Shown here in pieces: positions 34,208 through 42,011 of a stretch of 64,000 nucleotides of DNA (position 1 is the stretch's first letter; every line of letters begins with the position of its first letter). This DNA is from Syntrophaceae bacterium (GTDB lineage Bacteria > Desulfobacterota > SM23-61), in the NCBI GenBank assembly GCA_013388675.1, contig JACAEW010000169.1, positions 115 to 64,114 on the forward strand, read 5' to 3'. The notes under the pieces are model-generated. The model made no database searches. It saw only the letters and a list, made by a program, of their open reading frames with translations, and had not been told where the DNA came from. The position numbers and the translations under genes are program-made.

Positions 34208-34714
34208 ATGGCCTTTTGGGAACAGGTAAAGGGGAAGACCCAGGCGGTTCAAATTAAGTTGCGCATGCTTTTTTTGGAGAACCAAATCGACCAGGCCCTC
34301 CTCCGGCTGGGCAGCCGGACCTATGATCTGAATAAAAGCGGGGGAGCCTTCGGGGAGGATGAAGAGGTTCGTTCTTTTTTGCAGGGAATCTCCTCCAAGA
34401 GGCAGGAGTTGGCCCGGCTTAAGGAAGACTTTCAAAGAAGCTGGAGCGAAGAGTCCAAGGAGCTGAAAGCCCGCCTGGAGAAGGGGGACGGCGCGCTGGA
34501 ACAGGTGGAAATTTCTTTCCTGTCCCCGGCGGCGGGAAAAAAGGTCAAAGAGCTGGACCTTCCCAAGGAAGTTCTCCTGGGCCCGATCACGCGCGGAAAG
34601 GAGCTGATCATCCCCGACGGAGAAACGGAACTCCAGCCCATGGACCGAGTTACTCTTCTGGGAAAGAAAAAGGATGTGGAATCCACTGCCCGGCTCTTGA
34701 AAGGGCTTCCCTGA
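34208..34714 (+). CDS. Coiled-coil protein with C-terminal RCK_C (TrkA_C) domain
   Basis: The C-terminal LEQVEISFLSPAAGKKVKELDLPKEVLLGPITRGKELIIPDGETELQPMDRVTLLGKKKDV matches the TrkA_C pattern. The N-terminal half looks helical/coiled-coil. AGGAGG lies upstream, 52 nt after the eRF1-like gene. Confidence 0.6.
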   Translation: MAFWEQVKGKTQAVQIKLRMLFLENQIDQALLRLGSRTYDLNKSGGAFGEDEEVRSFLQGISSKRQELARLKEDFQRSWSEESKELKARLEKGDGALEQVEISFLSPAAGKKVKELDLPKEVLLGPITRGKELIIPDGETELQPMDRVTLLGKKKDVESTARLLKGLP

Positions 34715-34950
34715 GGCAAGGATCGGGCCTCACAGGAACTAAGCCTGCATGGTTGGTTTTTCCTGGTTTCAAACTCTGCATCTGGGTATAATGAGTCCCA
34801 AATCGGAGTGAAGACGGCCAGAGCGCCCCGGAGCAGAGCCAGCCTGGGCGATGCCTTTTTCCCATGATCCCGTCAAGGGCGGAGCCCCGGCGGAGTCGTG
34901 GGTTTCCTTTCATGCCAAAACCAGTTCATAAACCATAGGGAGGGAGACGA

Positions 34951-35622
34951 ATGTCCAATTACTGTCGGAATGGAGGTTACGGAGTGATTCTGGCCCTGCT
35001 TCTTGGGTCTATTTTCCTGGTGGGATGCGCGGGGAGCAAAACCTATCTGCTGAATCTTTCTTACAGCCCGCTGGGCACTCCTCAGTTTCTGCCCATTTCC
35101 GCGAAGCCAGCGACTCTGGCGGTCTATCAGTTTGAGGATGTGCGGCCCGACCGAGTTTATTTGGGCAGACGGGTTTACCGGGACGGGATGGTGGATTTTT
35201 TCAAGCCCGATGCAGGTACCGTTCAGGAGGTGGTGACCGAATCGGTGATTAAGGCGATGGAAAAAGCGGGGTTCAAGATTACCCGGGTCAATCGTCCCTT
35301 GAACCAGGATAAAGAGGATTTCAAGAACATCCCGGTAGACGTCGCTCTGGGAGGAAGAATCGAAGCTCTTTGGGTGGAGGCCAAATCCGGTTACACCACG
35401 ACGAATACCGATGCCAAGCTGCGAATCAAAGTGGTCTGGGGTTTGCCCAAAGACCAAGTCTGGATGACCAAGACCATCGAGGGAAGTGCCCAGGAAACCG
35501 ACCGTCCCTTTTACCAACCCAAGCATGCCGAAGCCAAGATCAACGAGGTTTTCAAGGATGGGCTGGATAAATTCCTGAAGGATGAAAATCAGTTGCGGGA
35601 AAAAATCCTAAAGAATAGATAA
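34951..35622 (+). CDS. Putative lipoprotein, unknown function
   Basis: Lipobox FLVGC after a hydrophobic signal segment. GGGAGGGAG lies upstream. Confidence 0.55.
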   Translation: MSNYCRNGGYGVILALLLGSIFLVGCAGSKTYLLNLSYSPLGTPQFLPISAKPATLAVYQFEDVRPDRVYLGRRVYRDGMVDFFKPDAGTVQEVVTESVIKAMEKAGFKITRVNRPLNQDKEDFKNIPVDVALGGRIEALWVEAKSGYTTTNTDAKLRIKVVWGLPKDQVWMTKTIEGSAQETDRPFYQPKHAEAKINEVFKDGLDKFLKDENQLREKILKNR

Positions 35623-35711
35623 ATCCCTTCCCCAAACTTCCCCTAAAAAGGCCAGGTCTCAACCTGGCCTTTTCCCTCATTCGTGCTGCTCCCGGCAGCG
35701 TCCAATCAACC

Positions 35712-35924
35712 TCAACTGAAGCGGCTGCCCGGCCGGGGAGCACAAGACGAGCTCGCCCCGCTTTCGCCCAGCTTCGGGCCTCCGCAGGAGAAAGCCGACA
35801 TCATACGGCTGGGATTCCCCGCCCCGCACTTGGGGCAAGTCAGCTTGGCATCCCGATCCGCAACCCCCTGGATGATTTCAAACTGATGATGGCACTTGGA
35901 ACAGCGGTATTCATAAATGGGCAT
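35712..35924 (-). CDS. FmdB-family zinc-ribbon regulatory protein
   Basis: MPIYEYRCSKCHHQFE...LTCPKCG matches the CxxC_CxxC_SSSS family pattern. AGGAGG lies upstream. Confidence 0.75.
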   Translation of the reverse strand: MPIYEYRCSKCHHQFEIIQGVADRDAKLTCPKCGAGNPSRMMSAFSCGGPKLGESGASSSCAPRPGSRFS

Positions 35925-35990
35925 CCCTGAACCTCCTTTAAGAAATGTAAGTGTTCAGTGGTGAGTAGGAAGTGGAATAAGACCCGATGC

Positions 35991-36032
35991 CTTTTCCCCT
36001 TACCCTTGACCTCTTACCCCTTACCTCTAACC
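35991..36032. repeat. Heptamer tandem tract, CCTTACC-type, 6 units
   Basis: Read directly: cttttcc ccttacc cttgacc tcttacc ccttacc tctaacc. Confidence 0.6.
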
Positions 36033-36045
36033 TGCATGGAGAGCC

Positions 36046-36207
36046 TCACCCTAAGGCCATGAGCAACCCGATCAACGCCCCCAGGGCGGTGCTGATGTAC
36101 GGGTTGCAGGTCAAACCTCAGGTGCTGCCGATTTTGGCCGAAATCAGGCTTAGGCCGTAACCCATCACGGCTCCCAGCAAGGGTGCGGCAATCACTTTAC
36201 AGGTCAT
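36046..36207 (-). CDS. Candidate small membrane ORF(s): 29 codons, in-frame TGA, 23 codons
   Basis: ATG at 36207 lies 13 nt after the trxA stop, with AAGGA upstream. Translation: MTCKVIAAPLLGAVMGYGLSLISAKIGST-TGA-GLTCNPYISTALGALIGLLMALG-TGA. Both halves are hydrophobic and begin (M/L)TC. Below the ORF-track size cutoff. Confidence 0.25.
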
Positions 36208-36219
36208 TGAGAATTCCTT

Positions 36220-36552
36220 TTACAGGACCTTTTTAACGAGGTTTTCCAGTTGATTCTTGGGGACGGCGCCGACGACTTGATCGACGATCTTTCCGTCTTT
36301 GAACATGATGAGGGTAGGAATTCCCCTCACCCCGTAGGTGGCCGGGGTTTTGGGATTTTCATCCACATTGACTTTGACGAATTTGACTTTCCCCGCATAT
36401 TGGTTGGAAAGCTCTTCGAAGATCGGGGCGATCATGCGGCAGGGGCCGCACCAGGAGGCCCAAAAATCGACGATGGTGGGCTGTCCTGATTCAAGGACTT
36501 CTTTTTGAAAGTTCGCATCCGTTCCAGCCAATAAATTATTGCCTTCGGCCAT
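36220..36552 (-). CDS. trxA: Thioredoxin
   Basis: [13 protein letters not shown] active site. 110 aa. AGGAGGA lies upstream. Confidence 0.9.
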   Translation of the reverse strand: MAEGNNLLAGTDANFQKEVLESGQPTIVDFWASWCGPCRMIAPIFEELSNQYAGKVKFVKVNVDENPKTPATYGVRGIPTLIMFKDGKIVDQVVGAVPKNQLENLVKKVL

Positions 36553-36760
36553 AACGATCCTCCTTTTCCATCCCTAAAAAATTCTCTTATAACTTAAGAG
36601 ATGCAAGACCGTTCAAAAGGATTCCAAGACCTCATTTTTTCCCCGCCCCCGAAGGCCTGGGGCCTTTAAATGGCGGATGGCAAAGAGGAAGTTACGAAAA
36701 GCACCTTCTCCAGCTTTTCGCCTCTTAAGCGTCACCTTGTGCCCAAGGTGGCAACAAACT

Positions 36761-36826
36761 GTAGGGGCAACCCTCCCGCCATGGCGGGGTTGCCCATTTT
36801 GCAAGCGGCCGCAGAGGGCCGCCCCC
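36761..36826. repeat. ~70-bp composite palindromic repeat, copy 3
   Basis: gtaggggcaaccctcccgccatggcggggttgcccattttgcaagcggccgcagagggccgccc. Confidence 0.6.
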
Positions 36827-36875
36827 ACAACAGCCTGTTTGGTTCAGGCTGTGCCGAGTTAGGAAATGGGACGGT

Positions 36876-37136
36876 ATGGAAACATCCTTTGAATCGACTC
36901 TTGAAAAGCTACATCTAATGTTAACAAAAACCTTGGTGACAAACTACTGCAAAATGGAAGGAAAAGACCCCAAATTGGCGTTGGCCCAAGAAATAAAAAC
37001 CCTGAAGGATGAATTGCAAGATCGAGAAAGGGCTCTCCCCGCCCATACCATCCGCCCTCATCAATTACAAGCCATCGAGGAGTTGGAAGAGAAAATCCGC
37101 CTTTTGGAGGAAAAATTCCGCAAGCTGTACCCGTAA
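36876..37136 (+). CDS. Hypothetical coiled-coil protein
   Basis: ORF only. The C-terminal half is helical and charged (LQAIEELEEKIRLLEEKFRKL). Start uncertain. Confidence 0.4.
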   Translation: METSFESTLEKLHLMLTKTLVTNYCKMEGKDPKLALAQEIKTLKDELQDRERALPAHTIRPHQLQAIEELEEKIRLLEEKFRKLYP

Positions 37137-37150
37137 GCGCGACTCATACC

Positions 37151-37321
37151 ATGAATTGTATCAACCATCCAAAACGGAAAGCCTTTTCCATCTGCCAGAA
37201 ATATAACCAGGGGTACTGCGAAGAATGCTGCACATGTTCCGACCCCAAGGGATATTGCAAGTACCGCACCCAATGCATCGCCTGGCAAATCTGTAAAAAA
37301 GGCAAAGAGCAAAGCGCATAG
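37151..37321 (+). CDS. Cys-rich 56-aa miniprotein (putative zinc-binding)
   Basis: My own translation: MNCINHPKRKAFSICQKYNQGYCEECCTCSDPKGYCKYRTQCIAWQICKKGKEQSA, with 9 Cys and 1 His. No clear SD. Below the ORF-track cutoff. Confidence 0.35.
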   Translation: MNCINHPKRKAFSICQKYNQGYCEECCTCSDPKGYCKYRTQCIAWQICKKGKEQSA

Positions 37322-37441
37322 CGCCAAGCCCAAATTTTTGAGGCCCTCTGCTCTCGGCGCTATGCGGCGCTTTCATGGTCTTTTCCGTTTGACTTCCCCT
37401 CCTCCTGAATCTATAATCAGAAAAAAATCTCATTATTCCAA

Positions 37442-38812
37442 ATGGTTAAAATCAAAACCGTATTCGGCTGCCAGAACTGCGGATACCAGTCCCCCAAATG
37501 GCTGGGCAAGTGTCCGGATTGCGGGTCCTGGAATTCCTTCGTGGAAGAAGCGGTCTCTCCCAGCGTCGATCACTCGGGATTTTCTTTGGCCATCTCCGCT
37601 CAAGGCATTCCCCCCCAATCGATTCTGTCCATCGATACCGGGGAAGAAGGAAGGCAGAAAACGGAGATCAGCGAATTCGACCGGGTCCTTGGGGGGGGTC
37701 TTGTAGTCGGTTCCATTGTCCTGATCGGCGGCGACCCGGGGATCGGAAAATCTACCCTCCTTCTGCAGGCCCTGGATAGGCTATCCCGGAAGAAAATCCA
37801 GGCTCTTTACGTCTCCGGGGAAGAATCCTTGCGCCAGACCAAAATGCGGGCCGACCGCATCGGGATTTCATCCCCAAGCCTCTTTGTCCTGGCGGAAAAT
37901 TCCCTGGAAAAGATCATCGAACATATACAGAAACTCAAGCCCCGAGTGGCGGTCATCGATTCGATCCAAACCGTGTTCACCTCCCAGTTACAGTCCGCCC
38001 CCGGATCGATCGGACAGGTTCGGGAATCGGCCGGAAAACTCATGATGCTCTCCAAGTCCTCGGGCCTATCCACCTTTCTCATCGGTCACGTGACTAAGGA
38101 AGGGGCTATCGCCGGGCCCCGCGTCCTCGAACACATGGTGGACACGGTCCTTTATTTTGAGGGCGATCGGGGGCACCCCTACCGCATCCTTCGGGCGGTA
38201 AAGAACCGCTTCGGCTCCACCAACGAAATCGGCGTCTTCGAGATGAAAGACGGGGGTTTGGAGGAGGTGGCCAATCCTTCCGAGCTTTTCCTGGCCGAGC
38301 GCCCCATCGATGTCCCTGGGTCGGTGGTCATCTCCAGCGTAGAGGGCTCCCGCCCCATCCTGGTGGAGCTCCAGGCCCTGGTCAGTCCCACCTCTTACGG
38401 AATGCCGCGGCGAACGGCCATCGGCGTGGACCCCAACCGGGTCTCCCTCTTGGTGGCCGTATTGGAAAAAAAGGTGGGAATGAACCTCGCCCAGCAGGAC
38501 ATCTTCGTGAACGTGGCCGGGGGAGTCCGGATCGACGAGCCGGCAGCGGACCTGGGAGTCATATGCGCGGTAGCCTCCTCTTTTCTCGACAAGCCCATTC
38601 CCTCCGGCACCATGGTGATCGGAGAGGTGGGGCTGGCGGGGGAGGTCCGCGGGATTCACCAAGCCGAACTCCGCATGAAAGAGGCCTTCAAGCTGGGCTT
38701 CAAACGATGCCTTTTGCCCGGCAGCAACCGGAGCCGCATCGCCTTGGAACTCGAGGGCATTGAGATGGTTGGGGTTAAATCAGTGGAGGAGACCCTGGAG
38801 ATTCTCTTCTGA
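37442..38812 (+). CDS. radA: DNA repair protein RadA (Sms)
   Basis: Zinc finger CQNCGYQSPKWLGKCPDCGSWNSF, Walker A GGDPGIGKST, RadA motif KNRFG, and a C-terminal Lon-like domain. Confidence 0.9.
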   Translation: MVKIKTVFGCQNCGYQSPKWLGKCPDCGSWNSFVEEAVSPSVDHSGFSLAISAQGIPPQSILSIDTGEEGRQKTEISEFDRVLGGGLVVGSIVLIGGDPGIGKSTLLLQALDRLSRKKIQALYVSGEESLRQTKMRADRIGISSPSLFVLAENSLEKIIEHIQKLKPRVAVIDSIQTVFTSQLQSAPGSIGQVRESAGKLMMLSKSSGLSTFLIGHVTKEGAIAGPRVLEHMVDTVLYFEGDRGHPYRILRAVKNRFGSTNEIGVFEMKDGGLEEVANPSELFLAERPIDVPGSVVISSVEGSRPILVELQALVSPTSYGMPRRTAIGVDPNRVSLLVAVLEKKVGMNLAQQDIFVNVAGGVRIDEPAADLGVICAVASSFLDKPIPSGTMVIGEVGLAGEVRGIHQAELRMKEAFKLGFKRCLLPGSNRSRIALELEGIEMVGVKSVEETLEILF

Positions 38813-38937
38813 AGGGTTACCCCCTTCTTTCTGCAGAAAATATATACGGCTCGGAGATTCGAAGGCCCCCCCGGGCTTTCGCCTTTTCACCCTATCTGAA
38901 CACCCCCAGTCGAAAAAATTTCATGGAGGATGGTTTC

Positions 38938-39231
38938 ATGGACAAAAAGGGATTTGCTGGAAAGCGGTTACTCCTCGTTTTTCTTCTGATCGGCCTCCTG
39001 GCCGGGGGTTGCGGGGAAGACCTTAAAGCGGCCAACGAAAAATTAAAGAAGGAGGCGGCGGACCTTGCAGCGGAAAACGAAAAGCTGAAGGTGGAGACCG
39101 CCCGTCTGCGCGCGGAGCTTTCCGGGATTCATGGCCAAGTGGCGGAACTGAACCTGAAAGTTTCCACCCTCCAGGAGGAGAACAACACCCTGCAGAAAGA
39201 AATGGATGCCCTGAAGAAACGAAGAAAATAA
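38938..39231 (+). CDS. Coiled-coil lipoprotein, unknown function
   Basis: Lipobox LLAGGC, followed by heptad-like ANEKLKKEAADLAAENEKLKVE. Start ATG 38938 lies 7 nt after GGAGGA. Confidence 0.55.
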   Translation: MDKKGFAGKRLLLVFLLIGLLAGGCGEDLKAANEKLKKEAADLAAENEKLKVETARLRAELSGIHGQVAELNLKVSTLQEENNTLQKEMDALKKRRK

Positions 39232-39248
39232 CAACCCGGGCGGGAATC

Positions 39249-39848
39249 ATGAAACTTACGGGAATCATTCTGGCGGGGGGAAAAAACCTTCGCATGGGAC
39301 AGAACAAGGCCTTTCTCGAGGTCCAGGGGGAAAGGATCATCGACCGGATCAAGAGGACCTTTGTAGGCCTCTTCGAAGAGGTTCTGCTGGTTACAAATTC
39401 GCCCTGCGATTACCTGGACCTGGGCCTACGCACGGTCACAGACCTCTATCGGGAAGGAGGGGCTTTGGGAGGGATCTTCTCCGGTCTTTTCCACTCATCT
39501 TTTCCTCACGCCTTTGTGGCGGCCTGCGACATGCCGTTCCTTAACCCGGCCTTGATTTCTCACCTGGCACTTCAATCCCCGGGATATGACATCGTCATTC
39601 CCCGCACCGAAGACGGGCTGCAACCGCTCCACGCGGTTTATTCCCGCAAATGCCTTCCCTTTATGGAAGACCTGCTGCGGAAAGGAAATTTGAAGATCCT
39701 GGACTTCTTCCACCGGGTTAGAAAGAGGGAAGTTCCCGCCGGGGATATCATCCCCCTAGACCCTCATTTATCTTCCTTCTTAAACCTCAATACCCCGGAA
39801 GATTTGTCCCGGCTTCAATCCTTTCTGGGAAAAGACTCTGGAATATAA
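39249..39848 (+). CDS. mobA: Molybdenum cofactor guanylyltransferase
   Basis: GIILAGGKNLRMGQNKAF N-terminal motif, with later D-containing acidic motifs. 199 aa. Confidence 0.85.
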   Translation: MKLTGIILAGGKNLRMGQNKAFLEVQGERIIDRIKRTFVGLFEEVLLVTNSPCDYLDLGLRTVTDLYREGGALGGIFSGLFHSSFPHAFVAACDMPFLNPALISHLALQSPGYDIVIPRTEDGLQPLHAVYSRKCLPFMEDLLRKGNLKILDFFHRVRKREVPAGDIIPLDPHLSSFLNLNTPEDLSRLQSFLGKDSGI

Positions 39849-39998
39849 GATTCCTTTAAGGATTTGGAAACGGAGGGTTATCAGGAAGAATATAGACATT
39901 CAGGGATGGAGAATTACGCAAGGATTATACGGAACATGGTTCTCGGCCCCCAGCCCTTCCGGAGGGGGCGAGAAACCGCTGGTCTTCAAAATCCAATT

Positions 39999-40541
39999 CT
40001 AGAAGAAAGAGTCGGATTGCCCCCCCGTCCCCGGATCCCGGAGAACCACCATAATCGGGCCGAGACTCTGTTCTTTGAATTTGCCGGGAGGAGGCGGGTC
40101 CTGGGTGTACCGGTTTTGAAAACTCAATGGAAAAGTAACGGGTTCGCTGAAATGGCCGGCCCGGTCCTGAATTTGAATCGTGACCGAGAGGGAAAGAAAA
40201 TTTTGCCAGCCCACATCGTAAGGGCCTTGGGTATTCAAGTAGATGTACCCGTCAAGCTCTTTTCCATTTCCTTCCCGAATTTTCGTTAAACTTGGGGAAT
40301 AAAACCCGAACCCCGGCTGGTTAACCAGAGCCACGATTTGGTAAAGGTCACCCCCGGGATCGGAGGCTTTCAAGTAAATCCTCCAGGTATCGCCCGGTTT
40401 CATCTGTTTCGAAGCAAATGTCTCGGAGATGACCGGACCCTCCTTGCCATAGGTCTTTTCCCTTTCTTCAAAACTCATCATGGTCGCACAGCCAAGGCCC
40501 AGCAAAAATAATGCTAGAGCGGGTATGATTATTTTTTTCAT
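39999..40541 (-). CDS. Lipoprotein, paralog A of a two-member family of unknown function
   Basis: Lipobox LGLGC. Shares PGDTWRIYLKASDPGGD, TKIREGNGKELDGYIYLNT, IQDRAGHFSEPVTFPLSF and QSLGPIMVVL with the product of 41206..41730. Confidence 0.6.
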   Translation of the reverse strand: MKKIIIPALALFLLGLGCATMMSFEEREKTYGKEGPVISETFASKQMKPGDTWRIYLKASDPGGDLYQIVALVNQPGFGFYSPSLTKIREGNGKELDGYIYLNTQGPYDVGWQNFLSLSVTIQIQDRAGHFSEPVTFPLSFQNRYTQDPPPPGKFKEQSLGPIMVVLRDPGTGGQSDSFF

Positions 40542-40585
40542 CGTCCTTCTGCCTCCCTCCAATCAGGCTTTTCAGGTCTTTTTGC

Positions 40586-40999
40586 CTATTTTTTGTCCAG
40601 GGTTAATCTTCCTACATAATTGCCGTAATAATAATATCCATCGAGCCTCATTTTGTTTTCCCCCTTGTGGAAAGAGAGAACTGCTTTCGTATCCTCTTTT
40701 AATGGAAGCAATAAATTACCTTTGGGGTCAATAGTCCCATTATCGAACTGGAAAACCCGGGTGTCCTTGCCTTCCATAAACAAAACGGTCAACTTTCCCC
40801 GTAAAGGGATCGAATCGTTATCGACCTCCAGAATTGCCGGGTCATAGGATTGGTACCTGCCCCAGTTGATTTGCCTCGACCCTTCCCATGTGCCTTTCAA
40901 TGCAGGAACGTCCGACGAGGATATCGGAGAGATTGGAACCGTAGCGCATGCGCCCAGGATAAAAATCGCCATCAACAAAATAGACCCCAAACTTCTCAT
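40586..40999 (-). CDS. Lipoprotein, unknown function
   Basis: Lipobox ILGAC. ATG 40999 lies 7 nt after AAGGAG. Sits between the two paralogs. Confidence 0.55.
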   Translation of the reverse strand: MRSLGSILLMAIFILGACATVPISPISSSDVPALKGTWEGSRQINWGRYQSYDPAILEVDNDSIPLRGKLTVLFMEGKDTRVFQFDNGTIDPKGNLLLPLKEDTKAVLSFHKGENKMRLDGYYYYGNYVGRLTLDKK

Positions 41000-41164
41000 A
41001 TCCAATCTCCTTAATTTGAAATAAAACGGAATAATATCTCAGCTTGCATGATGGGAGTTTATTTTATTACGGTCTCCGGATTGAATCAAGGATCGCACGG
41101 GATTGGATATGATGATTATCTTTAATGGAAATAAACAAAGTTAGTAATTTTCTTGGACCATGTG

Positions 41165-41194
41165 CCCTTACCCCCCAATTTTGGGGGGTAAGGG
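41165..41194 (-). terminator. Perfect 13-bp C-tract/G-tract hairpin after paralog B
   Basis: cccttacccccca-attt-tggggggtaaggg, 12 nt beyond the stop at 41206. No clear U-tract on the minus strand. Confidence 0.4.
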
Positions 41195-41205
41195 GGAATT
41201 TGCAC

Positions 41206-41730
41206 TTACGGCAGGATTCCAAGCCCCACCGCTTCATTCTGGGCGCTCATGGTGCGGAGGAATATCATAACCGGACCCAGGTCCTGCTCTTGGTATGTCC
41301 CCGAAGGAGGGGTGGCTTGAGCCTCGATCCGGTTGCCAAAGGTAAGGGGCAATTCCACGGGTTCACTAAAGTTGCCCGCCCGGTCCTGTACCCAAATTGT
41401 TAAGGTCAGGCTAAAAAAGGTAAGCGATTGGTAATTTGAACCCGCCATGGTATTCAAGTATACATACCCTGAAAGTTCTTTCCGGTTCTCTTCCCGAATC
41501 CGAGTCAAGCTAACCGGAGAAACTCCTACCCCCGCCTGTTTTACGGTTGCCACGATATATTTCATATCCCCGTCGGGATCCGTGGCCTTGAGGTAAACCT
41601 TCCATGCGTCCCCAGCCCTCAAGTCAGAAACAGCAAAATGGGACGTTATAACCGGGGCGCCGGCATGCGCCGCCCCGACCCAAATAAGAGTGGCCATCGC
41701 AATAAAAATGAAAGTTTTTTTGGTATTCAT
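41206..41730 (-). CDS. Secreted protein, paralog B of a two-member family of unknown function
   Basis: Signal peptide ending AHA-GAP. Shares AGDAWKVYLKATDPDGD, TRIREENRKELSGYVYLNT, VQDRAGNFSEPVELPLTF and QDLGPVMIFL with 39999..40541. ATG 41730 follows GGAGGA. Confidence 0.6.
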   Translation of the reverse strand: MNTKKTFIFIAMATLIWVGAAHAGAPVITSHFAVSDLRAGDAWKVYLKATDPDGDMKYIVATVKQAGVGVSPVSLTRIREENRKELSGYVYLNTMAGSNYQSLTFFSLTLTIWVQDRAGNFSEPVELPLTFGNRIEAQATPPSGTYQEQDLGPVMIFLRTMSAQNEAVGLGILP

Positions 41731-42011
41731 TTTCTTATCCTCCATTTCCCCTTTTAAATACCAGCCCATTACACCCTACATTTTTTATGATGATTTTCTT
41801 TTCGGAATGATTCCGATTTCCCCATGAATCCCCCCAACCCTTCATTTTCATTCGGAAAAAGAGCCTTTTTTGAGGCCCTAAAACCGCCTATATTTGACAT
41901 ATCCCCGAAAACAGCTTTAAGATAGGGCGGCAATGGCCGAAGGAAGCTATTCTTGTTTCGCCATCCACCCCGTGGCTGGTGCCCGGAAACCCTTTAGTAA
42001 AGGAGGTACAT

